IMG/VR virus record: IMGVR_UViG_3300046167_000801
Reading direction: 5' to 3' (one strand)
Source of the DNA: a virus
Lineage: Duplodnaviria > Caudoviricetes
DNA: 64,000 nucleotides
The position numbers and the translations under genes were made by a program. Below the pieces are notes generated by a model, which had not been told where the DNA came from, did no database searches, and worked only from the letters and a program-made list of their open reading frames with translations. Shown one piece after another: positions 57,502 through 64,000 of the stretch. Each line of letters opens with the position of its first letter. The stretch's first letter is position 1.

Positions 57502-58341
57502 ATGAAGTTATCTTCTCTTTATGAGGAATTGAGCACTAGAAAAGTTCAAGCAATACTAAAACGTAATCCTGATTTTTTCCAAAACAGAGTTAGGTTTGTT
57601 TTGGGTGCAAATAATGGTGTGTTTGATTTTGAGATACATATAAGTCCTGAAGATATTGGTGACTATGTTGGTGGTGACTACAACATACGTAGTTACACAA
57701 CTAAAGATAATAGAAAAGTCGACATTGGACTTTTTGAGACCATATTAGATGGTGATATTTGGGATATTTATGAAAACTACCATTACGATGGGGATTGGGA
57801 GTCAGTTTTAGATTATTATTTAAGTCCCGAAAATGAAGAGAAAATTAAAGATATTATCAATAAACTAATTAAGAGAGAAGGTAAGGAAATAGAGGACCAT
57901 GAGGGAGAGTCTTTACAGGACTTAATTGAACAGTACGACACTGAAGACCACATTAAAGGTATTCTAAGAGAATGTTTGAGTAGTGCGCAGGCTGACGATT
58001 ATGTTAATTACCTAAAAGACCAATTAAGAGAATGTTTGATGGAATATGGGGATATAAAAAGTTTTGACCATGAAGGGGTTACACTTAAAATAAAATTCTC
58101 AACAATGATGGATATGTTAGGTCAAGATATTGATGATGTAGACGTAATAGATAAAATGGACGAAGATTGTGGTTACGACCCTAAATGTTATTTCGAGGAA
58201 ATGTTTTATAAAAACACTTACGACTCACCTAAGTTTAGTCCTGATGATAGATATCAAGGTGATGCTAGTAACGAGAACGTTAATGATATGATTAACGATA
58301 GATTGGGAGAGGTTGAGTATGATTATAAATTAGAGGGATGA
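57502..58341 (+). CDS. Highly acidic hypothetical protein (MKLSSLYEE N-terminus)
   Basis: D/E-rich; preceded by AACTATTTAT. Confidence 0.7.
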   Translation: MKLSSLYEELSTRKVQAILKRNPDFFQNRVRFVLGANNGVFDFEIHISPEDIGDYVGGDYNIRSYTTKDNRKVDIGLFETILDGDIWDIYENYHYDGDWESVLDYYLSPENEEKIKDIINKLIKREGKEIEDHEGESLQDLIEQYDTEDHIKGILRECLSSAQADDYVNYLKDQLRECLMEYGDIKSFDHEGVTLKIKFSTMMDMLGQDIDDVDVIDKMDEDCGYDPKCYFEEMFYKNTYDSPKFSPDDRYQGDASNENVNDMINDRLGEVEYDYKLEG

Positions 58342-60161
58342 AGTTAATAGAAACAATTTACGAACTTATTCTTGAGGCGAGACCAAAAGAAATATACAAA
58401 AAATACTATTCAGATATAGAATGGAATGTGTTTCTTAACATAATAAGTTTAGACCCCAAAACAAAACTTAAACAAATACCAGAAGACTACGAAATACTAA
58501 AGATTGGTAAGTACGCTAAGTTACTTATTAAAATGTTTAAATCGAATAAACTAAAACCAGAGGATTATCCAAAGGCAAAAGAGTATCTTACGTTAGTCTA
58601 CAAACATCAAGTACCTGTCGATGTGAACAAAGTAAAAGAATTAGGTGACCTATATACCCTCGTGGAGAAATACTATGTTAAGGATGGGGACCGTAATTAC
58701 TTTGATGTGGTTAATACTTTAACTGATTCTGATCATAAACTATTAATGAGTGGTGAGAAATGGATCATATACACCCCAACAACTGAGAAAGGTGCCGCTT
58801 ACTTAGGTCACGGAACACAATGGTGTACTGCATGGGGACCATATTCGACGAATGACCAATATAAAGGTCGTAGTAACCACTTCTCACAACATAATAACAA
58901 AGGAAGTCTATATGTTATTGTGAAAAGGGACGAACCAACACAGAAATTTCAGTTCCATTTTGAAACTAAACAATTTATGAATCCCGCGGATAGAGGAATT
59001 TCCACTTCAGATTTCTTTAACAAACATAGGGAAGTTACAAAATACTTCTTCCCATCATTGTTTGATGACACACCAGTCGACAGTACTGAATTAGACAGAA
59101 TGGATTTCTTAGGTTATGTGGATGTGGCCACATTAACTGAAAAAGAGATTGGGGACACCGACAATAAGTTGGTAGAAATACTAATTAATAACAATGGTGA
59201 CGAACTTATTGAAAAACTAAATGAGGGGTCATTTATTAACGACGGTAATGTATTAGATGTGTCGTCGGACCAACGAGACAATAATAGAATAATATTTACA
59301 CTTAGTGAGATAGGTGATGACGTTGAAACGACAAAATATGCGTTAGATGGGTATAAGTCCGCTTCAGGTCATTATTCAGATCACGGGGAATACCTTAGGA
59401 GTGACATAACAGATACTGACGAAGATCAGCAAAAAGAAATATTAACACCAATACTCGAAGCATTCTACGATAAAAATTATATCCCTTATGCAAACAGTCG
59501 TGATGAATTTATTAAGAAAATAAGTTTTACGTATTTTGATGAACTTATTAATGATCTTGCGGATGAATACTCTCAATTAAATGAAGAGGGTGTTAGGTCT
59601 GCAAATGAAGTTAAAGAGAATGAGATAACGAAATATATAGACATTGATGAAGATCGTAATAGTCATGACATATACATACCGGTAATGAGGTTAGCTCTGT
59701 TTATATCCAAAGAAAATATTACACAAATAACCGATTGTGAGAGTTTATTTGATGCATATGTTGATAGTAAAGATCTTAACTATGAGTACGAGAACCCAAT
59801 GTGGGAAATTCCATTAGAACAAGTATCACTTAAAGATATGGAAACCCATATCGAGGGTTACTCATCTAAATTAGAAGAAGAATTTGAATCACATCCCGAA
59901 TGTGAAAAATCAAGAAACGAGTTACAAGAAATACTAAATAAGTATTTTAAAAAATATGGTGGTTATAATACAATATACCGTTTTAATAACGAACATGTAC
60001 AGGTAACAATACAAGATAAATTCGATTGTGAAAAGAATGGTGTACCTGTAGAGGTTATAATCGAAGAGAAAGGTGAACAAAAAAGAGAACGATACACAGG
60101 TACTATCTCAATTGAGAAAGTGAAAGAATACATTTCCATGGAACCCCTTATGGAAGAATAA
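58338..60161 (+). CDS. Acidic protein (MKLIETIYELILEA N-terminus) with a PcfJ-related WCTA domain
   Basis: WIIYTPTTEKGAAYLG.GTQWCTA...SLYVIV...KFQFHFE.KQFMN.AD. Confidence 0.6.
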   Translation: MKLIETIYELILEARPKEIYKKYYSDIEWNVFLNIISLDPKTKLKQIPEDYEILKIGKYAKLLIKMFKSNKLKPEDYPKAKEYLTLVYKHQVPVDVNKVKELGDLYTLVEKYYVKDGDRNYFDVVNTLTDSDHKLLMSGEKWIIYTPTTEKGAAYLGHGTQWCTAWGPYSTNDQYKGRSNHFSQHNNKGSLYVIVKRDEPTQKFQFHFETKQFMNPADRGISTSDFFNKHREVTKYFFPSLFDDTPVDSTELDRMDFLGYVDVATLTEKEIGDTDNKLVEILINNNGDELIEKLNEGSFINDGNVLDVSSDQRDNNRIIFTLSEIGDDVETTKYALDGYKSASGHYSDHGEYLRSDITDTDEDQQKEILTPILEAFYDKNYIPYANSRDEFIKKISFTYFDELINDLADEYSQLNEEGVRSANEVKENEITKYIDIDEDRNSHDIYIPVMRLALFISKENITQITDCESLFDAYVDSKDLNYEYENPMWEIPLEQVSLKDMETHIEGYSSKLEEEFESHPECEKSRNELQEILNKYFKKYGGYNTIYRFNNEHVQVTIQDKFDCEKNGVPVEVIIEEKGEQKRERYTGTISIEKVKEYISMEPLMEE

Positions 60162-60194
60162 TTAGTATATTCTAAAAATATTCTTAGAATTTAG

Positions 60195-60224
60195 TTGTAT
60201 ATAATAAAATAATTATTATCTTTG
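60195..60224 (+). promoter_or_regulatory. Bacteroidota consensus promoter TTG-N19-TATCTTTG
   Basis: Full TAnnTTTG -7 element at 60217-60224. Confidence 0.7.
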
Positions 60225-60251
60225 TCAGTATAAAGGTAAAAATTATATATC

Positions 60252-60539
60252 ATGACAATTAAAGAAATTCAATTCGAACCCCACCAAGTAGGTGGATTCA
60301 AATCCAAAACTAACATTAAAGATAATATAGATATCTCCATTGTATGTGGTCAGTTTTTCTACTGTTCACCGAGAGCTAACCTATCACATCCACTTGAATA
60401 CGATTCTTATGAGATTGCCATTTTTAGAGATGGTGAGTTCACAAGGGAATTCTATGACGAGTTTCATGATGATGATGTAGTCGGATATATAAGTGAAGAT
60501 GAAATTACAAGTTTAATTAATAAAATAAAAAAATCATGA
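60252..60539 (+). CDS. Hypothetical protein, 95 aa
   Basis: ISIVCGQFFYC.PR...YEIAIF...DDVVGYIS..EI. Confidence 0.7.
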   Translation: MTIKEIQFEPHQVGGFKSKTNIKDNIDISIVCGQFFYCSPRANLSHPLEYDSYEIAIFRDGEFTREFYDEFHDDDVVGYISEDEITSLINKIKKS

Positions 60540-60646
60540 TACCAAAATTCGAAGATTTAAATCCAAAACTACAAGGGTTCGTAATAGGTGTGGGAGTTAC
60601 ACTACTTACGGTTTTTACTACGGGAATATACTTAACACATTTTTAA
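60536..60646 (+). CDS. 36-aa single-TM microprotein (not in ORF track)
   Basis: MIPKFEDLNPKLQGFVIGVGVTLLTVFTTGIYLTHF; ATGA overlap and abuts the next gene. Confidence 0.65.
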   Translation: MIPKFEDLNPKLQGFVIGVGVTLLTVFTTGIYLTHF

Positions 60647-60647
60647 A

Positions 60648-61133
60648 ATGACATTATTTAATAATCTTAGATACAAAATATTCTGTGATATGGATGGTGT
60701 TCTTGTCGATTTCGAGAAGGGTTACTTAGAACTCACAGGTTTAGATATATCAGGTCAGTGGCACACCACACCTGAATTTTGGAACCCCATAAATGAAAAA
60801 GGTCAAGAGTTTTGGGACAATTTAGAATGGATGAAGGACGGTAAAAAATTATGGTCCTATATTGAAGAATACTATCCCGTACTATTGTCCTCCCCATCTC
60901 GTAACGGATACGGATCTAGAAAAGGTAAAAACTCTTGGGTTAATAGAGAGTTACCGGGAGTACCACTTCTATTGGAGTACTCAAACAATAAAAAGAAGTA
61001 TGCGGGTGAAGACTGTATATTAATTGATGATAGGGATTCTAATATAGAACAGTGGATATCTAATGGTGGTATAGGTATTTTACATAAAGATTTTGATACT
61101 ACCGTAATTGAATTAGAAAAATTAGGATTATGA
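60648..61133 (+). CDS. 5'(3')-deoxyribonucleotidase, HAD family (NT5C-like)
   Basis: IFCDMDGVLVDF, LLSSP, GK.SWV and ILIDDR..NIEQW...GGIGILH. Confidence 0.9.
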   Translation: MTLFNNLRYKIFCDMDGVLVDFEKGYLELTGLDISGQWHTTPEFWNPINEKGQEFWDNLEWMKDGKKLWSYIEEYYPVLLSSPSRNGYGSRKGKNSWVNRELPGVPLLLEYSNNKKKYAGEDCILIDDRDSNIEQWISNGGIGILHKDFDTTVIELEKLGL

Positions 61134-61591
61134 TTAATAACACAAATAGTTTTCAAACAAATTTAAATGGATCGTCAGTCGATAAACCATCACAATGGAT
61201 AAAAATACATTGGTTTGTATTGGCCATAGGTGTAACATATTTCTCACCAGAATTTGGTTTAATCCCTTTGGTAATATGGTTATACCATGTAGTTGACCTA
61301 TACTTTTGGTCATGGACATATACCTCAGATTCCGTTATTGAGAGAAGGGGTATATTAAACGTGAATACAGAAGAGATACAATACTTTAGAATAAAAGACG
61401 TTCAATTGTATGAACCATTTCTATATAGGTTAGTCGGGTTGTCTAAAATCATTTTAATCACCTCAGACGAAACAAAACCAATTATAGTACTCAATGGTAT
61501 CGAAGATGGAAAAGGTAAGCGAGAGATGTTTAAAACGTTCGCCCTGAAGTCGAGAAGGTCTGAAGGTATACGTGAATTTGATATTAGATAA
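61130..61591 (+). CDS. Membrane protein with a bacterial PH (bPH_2) domain
   Basis: Two TM segments, then VIERRGIL...EIQYFRIKDV.LYEPFLYRLVGLSKI. Confidence 0.75.
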   Translation: MINNTNSFQTNLNGSSVDKPSQWIKIHWFVLAIGVTYFSPEFGLIPLVIWLYHVVDLYFWSWTYTSDSVIERRGILNVNTEEIQYFRIKDVQLYEPFLYRLVGLSKIILITSDETKPIIVLNGIEDGKGKREMFKTFALKSRRSEGIREFDIR

Positions 61592-61610
61592 AAAATTATG
61601 TATATTTATT

Positions 61611-61814
61611 ATGAAACAGGTATTAACCATGATTTATTTAAGTTCGGTTGACTCGTACTATGATCAACAAACAGGTCTTGTTTATGTATGTAAATCAAAA
61701 TCATGTAGGGACACCAATGAAGGTATAATACTAAAAGAGATGAAGGAGCAATGGTGGGAAAGTCTCACATCTTCAGATCTATCAAGGATCCACTCAAATG
61801 GGGGTTTGTATTAA
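61611..61814 (+). CDS. Hypothetical protein
   Basis: Likely start is 61611, after TATTTAT; the ORF track starts it at 61572. Confidence 0.5.
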   Translation: MKQVLTMIYLSSVDSYYDQQTGLVYVCKSKSCRDTNEGIILKEMKEQWWESLTSSDLSRIHSNGGLY

Positions 61815-62198
61815 ATGAAATTTGCACTTATAGCACACGATAACAAAAAGGCGGACATGGTCGCATTTGTGTCAAAAAGATTACCATTTTTTAATAGGGA
61901 AGATGTAGATATAGTAACTACGGGAACAACAGGTAAACACTGTAAACATGCCGGTATTAAGAATTTAGAGACAGTAAATTCAGGACCACTTGGTGGAGAC
62001 GCTGAGATTGCCACTAAAGTCGTTAATGGTGAAATAACGGGTGTCATATTTATGAGAGACCCTTTAGATAAACATCCACATGATGTTGATATCAGTATGT
62101 TGATGAGGTTATGTGATGTTCACAATGTCCCACTCGCAACAAACTACAAAACTGCGAGTATCCTTATTAAGTGGTTTAAGATGAACAACGTAAAATAA
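61815..62198 (+). CDS. mgsA: Methylglyoxal synthase
   Basis: ALIAHDNKK, TGTTG, SGPLGGD, FMRDPL..HPHDVD and LMRLCDVHNVPLATN. Confidence 0.95.
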   Translation: MKFALIAHDNKKADMVAFVSKRLPFFNREDVDIVTTGTTGKHCKHAGIKNLETVNSGPLGGDAEIATKVVNGEITGVIFMRDPLDKHPHDVDISMLMRLCDVHNVPLATNYKTASILIKWFKMNNVK

Positions 62199-62202
62199 TT
62201 AT

Positions 62203-62298
62203 ATGTTTGAGTACCTCTTCAATTTGTTTTTGGGTGGAAGTTTTTTCCTAATCATTATATTCTTGATTAAGAGTATTAAGAGTGATAAGAAAAAATAA
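62203..62298 (+). CDS. 31-aa single-TM microprotein (not in ORF track)
   Basis: MFEYLFNLFLGGSFFLIIIFLIKSIKSDKKK: hydrophobic core with a basic tail. Confidence 0.5.
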   Translation: MFEYLFNLFLGGSFFLIIIFLIKSIKSDKKK

Positions 62299-62333
62299 TC
62301 ACTAGTATATATTAAAAATTTTTAGTATTTTGT

Positions 62334-62362
62334 TTGTATATTCAAAAATATTGTTATCTTTG
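62334..62362 (+). promoter_or_regulatory. Bacteroidota consensus promoter TTG-N18-TATCTTTG
   Basis: TAnnTTTG at 62355-62362, upstream of 62387. Confidence 0.65.
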
Positions 62363-62386
62363 TATAAGAATAAAAAATTAAATATT

Positions 62387-62665
62387 ATGAAAAAGTTAAT
62401 TGTAATGATGGTGTTAGGGGTATGTTTTACCTCTTGTGTTGAAACTAAAGAAGTACCTAAATGTCAAAGTACTGAGGTTGTGTCTGTGGAAGACCCGAAC
62501 AAAGAACGGTTTGAACTTATGGATAGAAATGATGGTGTACAATACTTCCGGTTTAAGGATAAATACTATACTGAAACTCAACTCGATTCAATCATGGAGG
62601 TTGTACATAAAAAGATCACTGAGGAAATGATTGAAGAATTGGATTCTACTGCCTCTTCGCAGTAA
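62387..62665 (+). CDS. Putative lipoprotein
   Basis: MKKLIVMMVLGVCFTS-C lipobox. Likely start is 62387. Confidence 0.7.
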   Translation: MKKLIVMMVLGVCFTSCVETKEVPKCQSTEVVSVEDPNKERFELMDRNDGVQYFRFKDKYYTETQLDSIMEVVHKKITEEMIEELDSTASSQ

Positions 62666-64000
62666 TTGGATTACCACATAGATCCGTTTCCAATAGAGTT
62701 ACCTCTTTCAAACTACCTCTAGTAACTGATACTGATGGGTATCCCCTATACTTAGGTTTACTCTCACCGTCTTTAGTTATCTTAACGAAGGGAACATCAC
62801 TGTGGGACCCATTATTGTAATAATGTGAGTATGGTCCTGATCGTGATACTAAAGGTACCATACTTAAAATTATTTTATTATCTTTTATTTTACCCTGATC
62901 GAATATCTCCTTAGCTTTGGCGGTGTCTATGGTAAATGTTTGAGTTCTTTTACCTCCAAATTTCTTATCGGAAGTTCTACCAGGTAGAGTTGTTAATTTT
63001 TGGTGTAACGCTTTAACGGTCTTATTTTTTTGATCCTTATCAAATTTGAACGGTTTACCAACAGACCTTTTTAATATATTCATATCATACTTTGAGAAAG
63101 GGGTCGTCCCCTTACGGTCTTCGATCATTTTATTTAACATTTCTTTAGTAAAAACAGTTTCATCGTTGTAAGTTACCTTAAGTGGATTGTTCTTTTTATA
63201 AAATGATTCCACGTATGCTTTATAGGAGGGTACATCACCTCTAGTTGTTAAATCCCCTATTCGTTTACCATCAAATACATACTCTTTATAAGAGGTTTCA
63301 GGGTTGGATTTTCTAAAGTTAACATATTTTCTACGTTCCGCATTTATCATCTTAGTGTACATCTTGTCATTATGTGTTTTCATCAATTTCTTAACCCCAA
63401 GCATAGAATCAGTTAAAACTATATTTTTTGTAAAACCTGAAGTATCGTACTTACCATTATTTAGATTTGCAATACCTAAGGATACTCCATTCATTTTCAA
63501 TTCAAATAACGCCTCATCACATTGGTGACCTGTTGTACCTATGTAACCTATCATAACTTCTAACCCAATTAGACACTCACTCTGACTTGTTGCGGTTACT
63601 TTTAACCTAACAAATTGTTCTTTCTTATATTTTGGATCCTTAGGATTATCTTTACCTCTTACATACGGTGTAGCACCTACTATTGTTTTAGGTTTTGGAA
63701 TTTCAGGGTATGTAAATGACATTCCCCCATTTTCTAATTTTTTAAAGAAAGTATTTAAATAATTAACCAATGACTCACCTCTCCTCGAAGAAAGGTGACC
63801 TGGTTTTACCGGCTTACCCCCATCTTCATTATCTGCGTTTGTTACCTTAGATTCACCCGCTTCAACCTGAATACTTAATTTAGTTTGAGGGTTTTTAACT
63901 AAGAAATTTTGAATAACCTTCATTTGGTTATTTAAGTTTAGGATCTGGTTACTTGTCAGTTTCCAATAACCCGCTCTCCAAACAGAATTAAAATTAACCG
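62646..64000 (-). CDS. Protein with an OmpA-C-like domain, 5'-truncated by the window edge
   Basis: The frame stays open from 63923 to the window end (VNFNSVWRAGYWKLTSNQILNLNNQM...). SIQVEAGES...LSSRRGESLVNYL...EQFVRL resembles an OmpA-like fold. Confidence 0.55.
   Translation of the reverse strand, partial: VNFNSVWRAGYWKLTSNQILNLNNQMKVIQNFLVKNPQTKLSIQVEAGESKVTNADNEDGGKPVKPGHLSSRRGESLVNYLNTFFKKLENGGMSFTYPEIPKPKTIVGATPYVRGKDNPKDPKYKKEQFVRLKVTATSQSECLIGLEVMIGYIGTTGHQCDEALFELKMNGVSLGIANLNNGKYDTSGFTKNIVLTDSMLGVKKLMKTHNDKMYTKMINAERRKYVNFRKSNPETSYKEYVFDGKRIGDLTTRGDVPSYKAYVESFYKKNNPLKVTYNDETVFTKEMLNKMIEDRKGTTPFSKYDMNILKRSVGKPFKFDKDQKNKTVKALHQKLTTLPGRTSDKKFGGKRTQTFTIDTAKAKEIFDQGKIKDNKIILSMVPLVSRSGPYSHYYNNGSHSDVPFVKITKDGESKPKYRGYPSVSVTRGSLKEVTLLETDLCGNPITAKRQ

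Noticed and set aside
971-63528. Other short overlapping ORFs in the track (for example 6412-6939, 44371-44583, 49915-50259, 51602-51934, 53635-53994, 61811-62047)
   Set aside because: They lie opposite or inside genes with clear family motifs and show no independent signal.
1-64000. Alternative genetic code (stop-codon reassignment), as in some large phages
   Set aside because: Long genes are uninterrupted in code 11, and TAA, TAG and TGA all end genes at sensible boundaries.
1-64000. tRNA, rRNA, CRISPR array, integrase/transposase, reverse transcriptase (DGR)
   Set aside because: No cloverleaf, repeat-spacer periodicity or matching protein motifs were seen. All long repeats lie in frame inside coding regions.
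1-64000. Cellular genomic island or eukaryotic giant virus origin
   Set aside because: No core cellular or NCLDV marker genes are present. Overlapping operons, bacterial promoters and terminators, and fibre/chaperone genes fit a bacteriophage, although no capsid or terminase gene is in this window to prove it.

Overview
A 64 kb, AT-rich (roughly 30% GC by eye), gene-dense segment of a large uncultured tailed phage (jumbo-phage-like) in the standard genetic code. No rRNA, tRNA, CRISPR array, integrase or transposase was seen. The host is probably Bacteroidota, possibly marine Flavobacteria: there are TTG-N18-21-TAnnTT(TG) promoters, A/T-rich starts without Shine-Dalgarno sequences, and a signal peptide with Gln at +1. 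Layout: (i) 555-17692, a glycan/modification island with glycosyltransferases (two GT7 enzymes each split by a LamG domain), two twitch-type radical SAM enzymes, SGNH proteins, a frameshifted UDP-sugar dehydrogenase and a carbamoyltransferase; (ii) 17784-31525, a 3443-aa modular tail fibre and three paralogous propeller-like virion proteins; (iii) 31584-38161, putative fibre chaperones coupled to radical SAM/SPASM, U32-family and methyltransferase genes, then an outer-membrane barrel and an inner-membrane transporter; (iv) 38163-44420, a second glycosylation cluster on the minus strand; (v) 44830-64000, a DNA methyltransferase, host-like metabolic genes (thyA, thioesterase, chorismate mutase, IscA, rmlC, nucleotidase, mgsA), Cys-rich microproteins and acidic proteins with a shared N-terminal motif. 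The two best candidates for undescribed systems are an ATP-grasp-like/Hint/Cys-rich-peptide autoprocessing protein (53935-55983) and a radical SAM + U32 + methyltransferase operon beside the fibre genes, which may be supplied by the phage chorismate mutase and IscA. All family calls come from recognising motifs by eye; no database search was run.
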